Source: Octopus sinensis
Taxonomy: Eukaryota
Direction of reading: 5' to 3'
DNA length: 64,000 nucleotides
Assembly: GCF_006345805.1 (NCBI RefSeq)
Contig: NC_043006.1
Coordinates: forward strand, 6,758,001 to 6,822,000
Below the pieces are notes generated by a model. That model was not told the origin of the DNA. It saw only the letters and a list, made by a program, of their open reading frames with translations, and did no database searches. Both the position numbers and the translations under genes were made by a program. Positions 11,104 through 23,734 of the stretch are shown one piece after another (positions within the stretch are counted from its first letter, which is position 1; the number at the start of each line of letters is the position of its first letter).

Positions 11104-11579
11104 TTTCAGATAAATAAATTATATATTCATGAAAATCTGAAAATTTGCGAGAAATTCATTGTATTAAATTTTTCAAATAAATAATTCCTCTTCCTATAAT
11201 ACACTACTTCAGAGAAACTATTAAATCTGGCCGTAAAATGTAACTTACAAACAAGTTTGTGTCTATCTGTTCATGCGTGAGTGTAAGCATTAAATCGCAT
11301 TCGGTAAAATTCCCATATCATGGATATTATATATAATGTAATCAATTTCTTTTGGAGCATAGATTAGTTTCGTAAAGAAATATTTAATGTAATCATTTCT
11401 CACGCGGATTTCACAAATTTAAAGATTTTTAATTAGCAAGTAACACGACTAACACGTCATACAAACTACAGTTTGTATGACGTCGTGAACTTGCAGGAAT
11501 CTATGTAAATTACGTTAGCATTTGTCGTGGCCTTTGTGACAGCATTCGTTCGACTATATTGACACTTACAGGAATTTTA

Positions 11580-11865
11580 ATCATCATCATCATTGTTCGA
11601 CCGTGGTCGAGACAATGGAATTTACTATGTTACGCCCGACTTCACGGTCCATCATAGCATTACGGAGGTCCTGTTGCTGGATGCCTTTATCCCTGGAGAT
11701 TACATCAGGGTAGGAGAGTGTGCGCTCTCTGGTATCGGGAGCAGATGGCTTCCAGAGGAGAAGAGTAGAAATTACCTCGTTTTCAGCTCTACAACAATGT
11801 CCAGCAAACTGGACTCTTCTACCGTTCACAATTTTGTTGACGTTGTTTGTGTTGTTGTAGATGGT
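11580..11865 (-). mobile_element. 5'-truncated RTE-like LINE 3' end with (GAT)n tail
   Basis: Encodes GRRVQFAGHCCRAENEVISTLLLWKP...SYPDVISRD...MMDREVGRNIVNSIVSTTVEQ*, followed by (TGA)n. Homologous copy at 62610. Confidence 0.85.
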
Positions 11866-12039
11866 TTTTTTTTTTTTTACTGTAGATCAATCCTGATCGA
11901 TTTAATCTAAAATCGATGATATTTCCAACGCACTCATCGCGTTATTTTAAACTATGTTCAATACACGCAGGGTGTCATTAGATACCGTGTTCATTTTTGA
12001 AGACGTTAGAATATCATCGATGAGTCTGCTTGCAACTGG

Positions 12040-12200
12040 ATGCGTTGCGTATAAAATGCGATAATGAAAAACAGAAATCGAAAACCCGACTCCTCAATGT
12101 AAGCGTGTACCTGCTCAAGAATGTTTTGACTAACTGACAAGTCGATATCAGAGATTTTGAGTAGCCGATTAAGTTGGCAGGTAAATACGCTACTACTTAA
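12040..12200 (-). mobile_element. Possible CR1/L2-group LINE C-terminal remnant
   Basis: DIDLSVSQNILEQVHAYIEESGFRF resembles the LS..N..I...V..YI..S.RF ending of CR1-group ORF2. The match is short. Confidence 0.3.
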
Positions 12201-12530
12201 AAACAAGACATCTTAGATAATCTCTTAATAAATACACTACGTAGCAAAAATGGTATTGTAACAACCAGAACGTTTTGTTGCTCTGTTGGCGAGCAAACAA
12301 TATTTAATTAAATGAAAATGCTACATACGTAATAAGCTTTGCTCTTGTATTTTTATCACATTGTATTGAATTACACTAGATAAAATATATTTTGTTGCTA
12401 TTTAACGTGATGCTTGCTGTTACCGAATACAAGCATGGCACGAGGGTTTCTGAAGGTCACTGTTCATCCATTGTATTGCATATATTTATTAATATAAGAT
12501 GTAATACGTATACGTATATACATATTTTAA

Positions 12531-12751
12531 GGCGGCGAGCTGGCAGAGACGTTAGCACGCCGGGCGAAATGCGTAGCCGTATTTCGTCTGCCGCTACGTT
12601 GTGAGTTCAAATTCCGCCGAGGTCGACTTTACCTTTCATCCTTTCGGGGTCGATTAAATAAGTACCAGTTACGCACTGGGGTCGATATAATCGACTTAAT
12701 CCGTTTGTTTTTCCTCTCTGTGTTTAGCCCCTTGTGGGTAGTAAAGGAATA
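12531..12751 (+). mobile_element. SINE family A
   Basis: Full-length copy starting GGCGGCGAGCTGGCAGAG. Confidence 0.93.
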
Positions 12752-13378
12752 TATATACATATTCTACGTGGGAAGCTAGAACGCAAGACATTCACCCGAA
12801 ATTTCAAGTGTAAAAGATTTAATGCATTTTCAATTCTTGCTCATGCGTTTTTATACATACATGTGTGTATATATTGCATCAAGGTCTATAATCCTTTAAG
12901 GGATGCTAGCATCCTAGTTCTCCGCTTCATGCCAGTGTTTAGTGACAAATGTATTAGTTTTGCAATGATATACATAGGTATTTAAAATATTTATAAATGA
13001 GAAAAAGAAGAAAATGGAGAAATTGGCACGCAGGCATCAGTTTGTTTAAAGATACTCAAATCCATATATAACGAAATTCCAGGCCCAAAGCCGTTTCCAT
13101 ATCCAATTATTTCAATTACAGAAATTAAATCGAATTAAAATGAATGTAACTCTCATTTGGAAAATTCCTCACTGATGAAATAACAAATTCACCAGTTTCA
13201 ATATAATTTAAATTAATTAAATTAAATTAAATAAATTAAAATTTAATTTAATTTCTCTAATTGGACTAATTGGACATGGAAACGGCTGTAGGACTGGAAT
13301 TTCATTATATGGTTTTGAATATCTTTAAATAAACTGATGTCTGAATGACAATTTCTCCAGTTTCTTCTTTTTCTCATT

Positions 13379-13455
<77 letters not shown>

Positions 13456-13486
13456 ATATATATACATCTACAAACGCACGCACACA

Positions 13487-13537
<51 letters not shown>

Positions 13538-13636
13538 GTTAATCCAAACAAGAAAACACACAAAAAACACAGCAACGCGAGGACGTGGAACAAATAAAGT
13601 ATTATTGGACGCTCAGGAAAGAAGGGAAGAAGGAGG

Positions 13637-13671
13637 GCTTAACGTTTCGAGCGGAGCTCTTCCTCAGAAAC
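13637..13671 (-). ncRNA. Minimal type I hammerhead ribozyme motif in a PLE-associated repeat (13545-13800)
   Basis: GTTT-CTGAGGA-A-GAGC-TCC-GCTC-GAAAC-GTT-AAGC: core, stem II, palindromic ACGU stem III and a 4-bp stem I. Same repeat at 38950-39130. Confidence 0.7.
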
Positions 13672-13818
13672 ATAGGAGAAGGAAAAATCCCGAGAAGGGA
13701 AGACAGAAGAAAAATATCGCTGGCGGTACTCACGAGGTCACATATTGAAAGGTCGGAAGTTGTAAGCTGGAAGAATATTGTTTTCTAAAGACAGGAGAGC
13801 TTCAAAGACAGAATGGTA

Positions 13819-13867
<49 letters not shown>

Positions 13868-14694
13868 GTATATAAATTTATGTGTATATACATATTTATA
13901 GATGTATATGTATATATGTATGTAATATTATAAATTATCTGGTATTTTATTTATTTGTTTTAGGTTTTGTTACCTATTCTTTGTTAGAGATTATTTTAAA
14001 GAAAGTTGCGTCGCATATTTTTCCTGATAATTTTGCGGTTATTTTTTCAATACTTACTTAAACTGACCAATAATTTTTACATTCTAATATTGTACCTTCT
14101 TTCTTTACAAATTACTTTATCTGATGGTGGTTGAATATGTATCCAGTTTACCCTATTAAAACGAGTTTGGATCAGGTCCATATCCCAAAATGCATACTTT
14201 ATCAAGTCAAATGGAAGCAATGGAGGTGGCAAGAAATATTCCATCTCTCTCTCTCTATCGAAATTAAGCTGTCATTTCTGGACTTGCAAACGATTGTTCT
14301 ACCGGTTTTGAGCGAGATTGTCTCTTCTTGCAGTTTCCGCTCGATTTGGGCGATCAATTTCTATCAATGTTATGCTTATGAAAGACGCAGTTGATGAAAA
14401 GTCAAAGCAAATTTCAGGCAGACAAGTAAAACAGTTCCATTCAAGTCAAGCTTCGATCATAAAACGTATTGTTGATGTAGGTAATGTGTCTAAGCTACTT
14501 CTCAGTTTAATTGAAGAGTTACCATCTGCTTGGCATGGAATTATGAAATTGGGACTTAATCTTTTCTGGGTAGATTCATCACAAGTACTGAAAAGTTGGA
14601 TCTCGACACTCATATACAACTAAAACGACAATCGCACCCAATGACAATGGAGAGTCCATCTCTAAACGATGGCTACACTCGACAAATATTGTAT

Positions 14695-15410
14695 TCTGTG
14701 TCTGGTGGGGTATGAAGGTTGCCGTCTATCATGAAGTGATTAATTAAAGCGAAACATAATGCGCAGAAGTTTTGTTGTTAATTGGAAAAATTGCATTAAA
14801 TTCTTGGAAAAACGCCCATCATTGGTCAGTAGTAAAGCTATGTAAGTTTTACATGATAATGTAAGTCACTCTGGAATAAAATAATATGGAAGTTTTGCCT
14901 CATCGTACTTACTTCCTGATCTTGTTCCATCTGACAACGATTGTTTTAGATCATTGAAAAAACTTTTAGATCACAAGAAAAACTCTTATATATTTGCAAG
15001 GAAGGCTTCACTTTCGTCGCATCCTGGTGGTTACCGCTCGTTGACAAGGGACAAAAATCCCGAAACTAGTCCGAGCGTATCACTCAGGCTTGCGAGGAAG
15101 GGATGGCCTACCTTTGCAAATACTTCAAGGGCACTGATATGGTGTCTAAAGCCAGCTAGAGACGACGATCTCTTGGGGCTATAAAGCTACAGTAACACCC
15201 CCTCCCCTATGTGGTTAGCCATGATAAGATGGCTTCTATACTTTACATTGCAATATTATTTCGCGAGAAATCAATTTATTAAATTTAAAATATGTTAAAA
15301 ATGATACTGAAATCTTATTTACTTCGAAACTGGAAGAATTTTATGCCTATTTCATAAACAACTTCCCATATAGACTGGAATTATGTTATCAGAGAGGAGA
15401 AATATTATTT
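14695..15410 (+). mobile_element. Decayed mariner transposase catalytic region with nested insertion(s)
   Basis: Broken frames give WWGMK...EKRPSLVSSKA..LHDNVSH, WEVLPH..Y-PDLVPSDNDCFRSLKKLL (YSPDLAPSD-like) and VKNDTEILFTSKLEEFY. Interrupted at ~14990-15290 by sequence that includes a segment related to the Helitron interior at ~6945-7015. Confidence 0.72.
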
Positions 15411-15588
15411 TTGCCAAACATACCAAATAAGGCTAAAGAAGTATTTCTTTCTGCCCCATCTTCATATACAAATTAATACTTACATACATTCATACACACA
15501 CATACACACACATACATACACATACATACATGCTTACTCGTGGGAGCTATGCATGCATATATGAATGTTTGTATATATGTACACATAT

Positions 15589-15819
15589 GGCGGCGAGCTG
15601 GCAGAAACGTTAGCACGCTGGGCGAAATGCTAAGCGGTATTTCGTCTACCGTTACGTTCTGAGTTCAAATTCCGCCAAGGTCGACTTTGCCTTTCATCCT
15701 TTCGGGGTCGATAAATTAAGGACCAGTTACGCACTGGGATCGATAGAATCGACTTAACCCGTTTGTCTGTCCTTGTTTGTCCCCTCTATGTTTAGCTCCT
15801 TGTGGGTAATAAAGAAATA
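15589..15819 (+). mobile_element. SINE family A with 17-bp TSD
   Basis: TATATATGTACACATAT at 15572-15588 and 15820-15836. Confidence 0.95.
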
Positions 15820-16108
15820 TATATATGTACACATATGTACGTACATACGCGGAGATGCAACTGCGTATATATGTGGGTGTTTGTCTTGTCACAGATGAGT
15901 CTTCAGTTGGTTATTATAGGTTATTACGCGATGAATTAGCGGGCAAGTGGTGAAGTATTCCACTCTGAAAGTGGTCAAGTATTCCACAGCTGAAATTTTG
16001 ATTTATTGGCATAAATATGCTTCGTGGTCCTCTAAATAGGTTTCATATATGAACCTTGAATTTTGAACTTTTGTGTCACACCGATTTTCAGCCGCTAAGA
16101 TATATACA

Positions 16109-16338
16109 TATTTCTTTACTACGCACAAGGGGCTAAACACAGAGAGGAGAAACAAGGAGAGACAAACGGATTAAGTCGATTATATCGACCCCAGTGCGTA
16201 ACTGGTACTTATTTAATCGACCCCGAAAGGATGAAAGGCAAAGTCGACCTTGGCAGAATTTGAACTCAGAACGTAACGGCAGACGAAATACGGCTACGCA
16301 TTTCGTCCGGCGCGCTAACGTTTCTGCCAGCTCGCCGC
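16109..16338 (-). mobile_element. SINE family A with TSD
   Basis: TAAGATATATACA on both sides. Confidence 0.93.
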
Positions 16339-16411
16339 TAAGATATATACAGATATACATTGACAAGCGCAGATACATGCACAAAGTCATACACACTCAC
16401 GAATGCACACG

Positions 16412-16463
<52 letters not shown>

Positions 16464-17269
16464 TGTCTATCGCTTGTCTATGTGCAAATAAACTTCTAAA
16501 CTTATACATGTGTAAATACATTTACACATCCAAACATAGACATGTAAACATATGTGTGGGTCTGCTCTCCTAGTTTGTTGGTGTAGTATGTGTGTGAACG
16601 TGTGTGTGTGTATGGATGTGTGTTTGTGTGTGAATGTAAGTTCTACACTCCAGCCCAGTGTATGTATGTAACTCATTATATCCCGTAAGATGGTGAATAA
16701 ATTCGTGTCATGAAATTACTGGCATCATTGTGTTGAACTAAACGTTCCAAACCCTTTCGGTAGAATATTTGTAGTTGAATGACCTACGAAAATAATAAAG
16801 GAAATAACAGGGCAATGGATATAAAAGCAACAGATTCCTTTGAAGCATGGAAGTCCTCTTCCGTTACAACACTGGATCATTCACGCCTCCATTCCAAATT
16901 CCAGTTTCTATATCTATACTGTGTCACATTCCAAAGCGTCTTCAGTCAATAAAAAAGAAAATGAAGTATGAGAAGATAACTCAATTAAGCAAATGACAGA
17001 TTGAGATAAATCCTGTTATGACAACCACTATACACAGGAGATAAAATACACGACTCCATTTCTCTATCTTTCTCTGAATTAATTCATTTCTATTTCTTTT
17101 CCCATTCGTATATTCGTCGCTTATACGTTTTCATCCATGACTATTTTTTGTTTTATATTATCATTTTAATTTTTTTCATTTATCTGAATTTTATTTTTTA
17201 CTCGCCCTTTGTTTTTGCATCTGACTGACAATATAAGCTGCATACTTAGAATAATTTATAAAGTTTACA

Positions 17270-17333
<64 letters not shown>

Positions 17334-17427
17334 AATGTGTATGCTGTATATTATGTGTTGCATGCATAATTGTATAGATATGTGTATGTATATATGCATA
17401 TATATATAGATATATATATATATACAT

Positions 17428-17493
<66 letters not shown>

Positions 17494-19964
17494 TATATGT
17501 GTATATATATATATGTATATATATACATATATATACATATATATACATATAAATATATATATATATATAGTAGTTGTGTGCATGCTTATAAACATGTTCC
17601 TATGCTTGTATTTACATGCAAGTGTGCATGGTTTTTAATGTATGGGTTTCTTAAATGAATTTGCTGCATCGCTCATAATATTTCACAGCAATCGCATTTT
17701 CTATTTAATCAAATAATTTCGTTTTAGAATTTTTTTCTTCACTTTCCAGCATAACTTCAAATGTATGTTTGTGTGTTTATGCAAATACACAAATACACTG
17801 TTTATCCCCGATATATGATTCAACATATACATTCAGAATTGCCTATGATTTTTTAGTGCTAGGTTTACCATAATGAATCGAGAAACGTAGAACTCATGGC
17901 ACAAGCACCTTCGTATCAACAATTACCTTTCAGCTGGTCCCTATATATTTAGCGCTTTTCCGAAATAATGCCTATGACAATAAGTTATGTTAAATAGAGG
18001 AACACGTATGTGTGGGCGCACGCGTGCGTGTTTACATCCACATTCAGATAGATAGATAGATAGAAAGATTGACAGATAGATAGAAATAATTAGAAATAAA
18101 TGGTGAAGATGCAGAGGATCATCGTGTATAGAAACGCCTGACCTGGACAAGGGGATTCCCTCAATTAATACGACAATATTTTTGAAAACATTTTAATGGC
18201 AAGAACCAACAAATTGTAATTAATTAAATTTACCTCCTTATTGAAAAAAAACCTCTAATTTAACAGAGTGATTACCGTCGGTTAGCAAAAGTAAAGAGAT
18301 AACCACGAGAAAGAAAGCTAACTATTATTTATTAAAAATGGAATATAGAGAAGAATGTGTTAGGAAAATATTGACGTTGTGTAGAAATAAAACGCGGCGA
18401 TATTAACATTTGATGAATTCATTAGGAAAAGAGAGAGAGAAAATAGAGTGCGTAAGGTAGGGCATGGATAGAATCTGACTGCGATGAAACGATGAAAATG
18501 TTTGGAGGTGGCAACTGGTAAATGAAGAAAGAACACAATGTAGAAATAACTATAAAATATGGACGATAAACCGTAGAAGAATAGGATATATTCGCACATA
18601 ATGTAAGAATCGGTATCGATGGATTACATTGAAAATATAACGACATTAATTTGTGTTAATATTAAACATTTTTAATAAGCTCTTATTTTTAATAGCGTTA
18701 AGAGACTTGTTTTGCCCTTAAAACTTTTATGCAATCATGATTATATTTCCATAAGAATTTCGATATAGAAATAATATACCCATTAAAGTAAACAACTATA
18801 TTTGGTATGTTGCGTCCCTTTTTTGCATTACCTCTTCTAATTGTTGAAACCTGAAGAGAGCTGTGTTTCTTGGTCTTCATTTCGAACGGATCATCTCCTG
18901 CTGAAAAGAGAAATCATTTACCAGAGCCTTCTCATAGAGAAAAAATATACTAATACCATAGAGCCGGACAATGTAGGGTGTGGGATCATGCACGAGAAAA
19001 TATAATAATCTTACTCATTGGTATTTTATAACTATGTGTAATTTTTCAATTTCGACATCGGTGGGTTACTTACATACTTCGAAACTTCAATCAAATTTTC
19101 CAGTCATATGTAGAAAGCGATAATATAAAATTAATTCAATTTACATTTTCTTTTTTTATTTCGTTAAAATATATGCAGGTGGGATGTATTGAAATCTCCT
19201 TATTACATTTTTTTTTATATAACATTGGCGTATTACAAAGGGAGACAATCAGTAATGAAATAAGAAAATACATAATAACGATAATATTTATAAAGAGCAA
19301 TTATTATTATCATTGATTTCTTCTTGTATATATCTCTGAGGCTAAAGGCCAATCTTTTAGATATGGTAAAGGGATAAAGTCAATTGAAATAATCCCCAGT
19401 GTAGTATCCGTACTTAAACTTATCATCTTAGTCATGAAGGAGAAAGGCAATCTTGTCCGAGGCGGGATTTCTTGTCAGAATAGTAAGGCCAGAACTAGAT
19501 ATTTCAAAGCGTCTAGTCCGGCAATACTGTCGTGGCCATCACCAACAACACAAAGTAACGATAATATAATTATTTTAACATTCCTATTATTATCATTATT
19601 ATTATTATTATTATCACCATTATCATCGTCTCCATCGCCATCATCATCATGAATAAAATGCATAACTGTTTGAATTATAAGAGAAAAAATGAAATATATT
19701 CAGCGAAGGACTTTCCTTTGAATCATCACAGTTCCTAGTATTGATAAAACACGATGAAATATGGCCGACATATGAATGCATCTCTAGCCGATGTAACAAT
19801 AAAAATAACATTTGAATTGAATAATATCCCAGAGGATAAGTTATTTGAATCACAAGGAGACAGCTGTAGAACCATAGACTGCCGTACTTCTTTGTCTGGA
19901 ATAACAAATAATAATAAAAATATACATGATATATGTTTGTGTATGTATGCATGTATTATATAGA

Positions 19965-19972
19965 TGCATATG

Positions 19973-20018
<46 letters not shown>

Positions 20019-20218
20019 TATGTATATATATACATATAAATGTACATATATATTATATATTAATGCATATATAACTTTATATATATTCATATATATATAT
20101 ATATAGATGTCCTGTATATACATATATACATAATGTACACACAATTATTTAATACATATATTCAAATGTGTATATATATATTATATATATATATATGTAC
20201 ATATATATATATACATAT

Positions 20219-20280
<62 letters not shown>

Positions 20281-20308
20281 GTGCTTATACATATACGTAT
20301 GTATATGC

Positions 20309-20354
<46 letters not shown>

Positions 20355-20360
20355 GTATGA
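19965..20360. repeat. (TA)n-rich microsatellite block just 3' of the GPCR stop codon
   Basis: Direct reading; similar blocks at 13375-13540, 17270-17570 and 31910-32220. Confidence 0.95.
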
Positions 20361-20540
20361 AACCGTTGAAGGATATCTTCGAAACTCTTGTGTACCTTTT
20401 GAATATGTATTTCGCAAATATTTTCTTGCAGTCATTAATATATTAGAGAAAGTAAGACATTTCGAGAAATCCCAATATATAAATGCATATTGACATTCAG
20501 AAATAGCACTTCGACCTACTTTTAAACAATTTCATTTTCA

Positions 20541-21977
20541 TTATCGACACTGTGATCTCATTCTATATTTTCCGTATATTAGTTTTTTAAAGGCAGTCCG
20601 GAAGCTTGGATTAAATATGGTATATATTATTGGATTCAAAAGGCTGTTTAAGTAACCAAGCCACAAAAAGAGACTCATCAGAACAGGGGGGAAATAACAA
20701 TATTCTTTACAAAACGGTCCGATCAAGGCAACCATGAAGAAGGGCAACCAGCACGCCATAAAGCCACCAGTTATAATAGCAATCACTCTGGCAGCCTTCC
20801 GTTCTCGCTTCATTTCAATTTTTTCTTTCTTTACCCGTTCTCGTTCACGTTGACGTAATCTTTTAACGTGACCATTAGCTGACTGTCTTTGATTCTTTGA
20901 AGAAATTAAATTCCTACATCCACTACTGCCTTTTGGTCCCGACGGAACTGACAATTGATTTACTGATGTTTCAGCTAATTTCGTTCGTCCAGTTGGAGCA
21001 CTTAGTGTCAACGTGGACGATGCGGGTGTGGCTATAGTTGTGGCTGTTGTCGGGCTTGTTTGTATTGCAGATTCCCGTTCATCAGTCAATTCCATAACGC
21101 TATTCACCCGTGTTAGTTCATTCATGTTCATACAAGATCCATTGTAGGCACTATATCGTTCATGACTAATGTCACTTCCAGAGGAGTTTGGTGAGAGATT
21201 TTGACCCTCTGTCATTGTAACTGTAATCGCTGAAACAGGTACAGGTCGTCGGTAGCCATAAAAACCTTTCTTTCGAATCCGTGTTCGGGCAGCGACATAT
21301 ATTTTGATATTTAGAACTAGCATTAATATCAAAGGAAAATAAAATGCGCCCAACGTTGAGAATATTGTGTAACCTAGGTCTTGACTGATCAAGCAACGTT
21401 TGGTGATATTAGGATCGTTGTCATCTTTCCAGCCAAATAATGGAGGTATCGATATTGAAACGGCAACCACCCATACAGCAACAACCATAAAGCCTATTAG
21501 TTTGGCACATCTCCGTCTGATATAATCAATATTTGATACAGCCCAGTAACGATCAAATGCTATTGCAACTAAGTGCAAAATAGAAGCAGTGCAACATAGA
21601 ACATCGAAACTAATCCACATGTCGCAGATTGCGCCTCCAAAGTTCCAATCCGGAGTTACTTCGTGGACAACACTTATGGGCATGACCAATATAGCTACCA
21701 TCAAGTCCGTCACAGCGAGAGACATTATCAGATAATTAGAAACACCACGTAGGCTCTTTTCCAAAAGGATTGCGGCAATGACAAACACATTCCCAGCAAT
21801 TGTAACCATGATTATAATTGAAAGAACAACACAGATGATAATTTTGATAGGAAGTGAATAGATCTCCTCACTGGGAGTAAATAGAGGATCAACACTGATT
21901 GAAATGTAACCGGTCGATATGCCATTCTCCGTTGTAACATTACCCAAAATTTCGAAATAGTCAGTAACATTCTCCAT
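20541..21977 (-). CDS. 5-HT1R: Serotonin receptor, 5-HT1-like class A GPCR (478 aa, single coding exon)
   Basis: Seven hydrophobic segments. TM1 GN, TM2 SLAVTDLMVA, TM3 DVLCCTASILHL..DRY with the amine-binding Asp, TM5 YTIFSTLGAFYFP, long S/T-rich ICL3, RERKAARV, TM6 CWLPFF, TM7 WLGYLNSLLNPIIY, short C-tail, and N-glycosylation sites NVT x2. Pattern typical of molluscan and insect Gi-coupled 5-HT1 receptors. Confidence 0.93.
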   Translation of the reverse strand: MENVTDYFEILGNVTTENGISTGYISISVDPLFTPSEEIYSLPIKIIICVVLSIIIMVTIAGNVFVIAAILLEKSLRGVSNYLIMSLAVTDLMVAILVMPISVVHEVTPDWNFGGAICDMWISFDVLCCTASILHLVAIAFDRYWAVSNIDYIRRRCAKLIGFMVVAVWVVAVSISIPPLFGWKDDNDPNITKRCLISQDLGYTIFSTLGAFYFPLILMLVLNIKIYVAARTRIRKKGFYGYRRPVPVSAITVTMTEGQNLSPNSSGSDISHERYSAYNGSCMNMNELTRVNSVMELTDERESAIQTSPTTATTIATPASSTLTLSAPTGRTKLAETSVNQLSVPSGPKGSSGCRNLISSKNQRQSANGHVKRLRQRERERVKKEKIEMKRERKAARVIAIITGGFMACWLPFFMVALIGPFCKEYCYFPPVLMSLFLWLGYLNSLLNPIIYTIFNPSFRTAFKKLIYGKYRMRSQCR

Positions 21978-22185
21978 CTTTATTCATGGTATGTTCATAT
22001 ACATAGCAGAGTATCTAATATCGTTTTAAATTTCCGGAAACAATTCTTCAGAAGTGATATTCCTTCCATTCAGATTCCAAAAAACTCATTCGATGTTCAT
22101 TAAAAGAAATCCTTTGTCACGTCCGCTCAATCTAATGGATATTACGAAATAATGTGGATATGTTCTAATTAAGGCGTCACTGTAG

Positions 22186-22215
22186 AATTACCTGCAAAAG
22201 AATAAAGAAAAGAAT
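22186..22215 (-). promoter_or_regulatory. Putative 3' splice acceptor for the exon carrying the GPCR CDS
   Basis: Minus strand ATTCTTTTCTTTATTCTTTTGCAG|GTAATT; AG at 22193-22192, 214 nt upstream of the ATG. Confidence 0.6.
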
Positions 22216-22689
22216 ATTAGTTAACTCATGGTATTGTTAAAATACAACGGCGTTACCTATTTAAGAACTGATTACAATTCGAAAATCAATTATTGACGTA
22301 CTTATATTATCTACTCTGATAGCATTAGTGCATCATTGTAAAACTATGCAAGACTGAAAGGATATTTTCAGATACGCATAGTCATTGGACTCCGGCCAGT
22401 ATGGGGCAACTATAGTACTAACATTTTTTAAGCTTGATACTTATTGTACTGATATCTCTTTGCGGAGAAACGGGGACGTAAACAAAGCAACACCGGCTGC
22501 CAAGCGGTAGTGGACAAACACAAGCATAAAGACACACATGTATATACACGTGCACATGTGCGCGCACACACACATACACACACATACACATATAAATACA
22601 GATAAATAAATTAGAGTAACAGAATACCACTTGCTAGAAATAGTAGGTAACACGCCAAATTTACAATTTTTTTACTATTTATATAATAT

Positions 22690-23255
22690 TCGTTACATTC
22701 ACCGTGCATTTCTTAATAGTGAGAAATTTGTGGATTTGGAGTGTTAACTTCTATTTCTAGCAAGTGGTATTCCGGTCCCTAATTTGCTTATTTGTATATT
22801 TTACCTATATAGGTTAAAGTTGCCGACCACTTTATTATTATTGTTATTTTTATTAAATTTTATATCATACTGACTCACTTTAGGTTCGTTGTTTTTTTAA
22901 TCTCATGAGGGCATTCAGATGAACAGACGCGCACGGTGCAAAGGAATGAATATTTTGAAAAGCAAATGAATCAGTAAGCTTGGCTGATAATTCTTCAGCA
23001 CTAATTAACAAAAGGTGGAATCAATTAATACCAAGATATTTGTACTTGCTCTGTGATTTATACAAGGTAAGGCCTATTTTTATTATTCTTCGTTACCTTC
23101 ACCGAGTGTGTTTCTTAATAGTGAAAAATTTGTGGATTTGGAATGTTAACTTCTATTTCTAGTAAGTAGTATTCCGGTTGCCTCATTTATTTATTTGTAT
23201 ATTTTACCTATATAGGTTAAACTTGCTGGCCACTTTATTATTATAGTTATTTCTA
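22690..23255 (+). repeat. Diverged direct repeat pair (~165 bp, ~400 bp apart)
   Basis: GTTAC.TTCACCG...CTATTTCTAG.AAGT.GTATTCCGG...CACTTTATTATTA at ~22690-22850 and ~23090-23250; a short inverted copy at ~22620. Confidence 0.8.
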
Positions 23256-23274
23256 ATAATAGTAATAATACATT

Positions 23275-23480
23275 ATTACGGAGATGTACTTGCATAACAA
23301 GTGACCTGATCTGAGATCGTGTGCTGGAACGAAAACAATTGCAGCGTGGAAGGCGTTTATAAGCCATTTAAGAAACACACAAAACTGTTAGATACATTTC
23401 AGCAATTAGATTTAATTTGTCAAAATATTTTCTTCGCTTTGAGACCGCGACCTGTTCGCTGACAACATCCCGTACTTTTA
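23275..23480. mobile_element. Repeat family D (hammerhead-bearing, probably a PLE terminal repeat), decayed copy
   Basis: Shares sequence with 35290-35450 and, inverted, with 37640-37693. Minus-strand motif TTGTCA-GCGAACA-G-GTCGC...GCGAA-GAAAA-TA-TTT-TGACAA at ~23416-23465. Confidence 0.65.
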
Positions 23481-23486
23481 TTAAAG

Positions 23487-23533
<47 letters not shown>

Positions 23534-23542
23534 TATATATAT

Positions 23543-23576
<34 letters not shown>

Positions 23577-23672
23577 CGGGAAGCTTTATGAAAATAAACA
23601 AAAGACGAAGGCAGGTGGAATACAAACAAACAATTGTATTAGTATGGCGCTCAGGAATATAAATAAAACACG

Positions 23673-23710
23673 TCTTTTACGTTTCGAGCCTACGCTCTTC
23701 AACAGAAAGA
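23673..23710 (-). ncRNA. Minimal hammerhead-like motif with CUGUUGA core
   Basis: TCTTT-CTGTTGA-A-GAGC-GTAG-GCTC-GAAAC-GTA-AAAGA: perfect 5-bp stem I, 4-bp stem II, ACGU stem III; core deviates at A6. Confidence 0.62.
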
Positions 23711-23734
23711 TACACAGAAAAGAAACACGGAGGT

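Noticed and set aside
21172-21396. 74-aa alternative-frame ORF inside the GPCR
   Set aside because: Short, starts at a non-ATG codon, and has no recognisable features.
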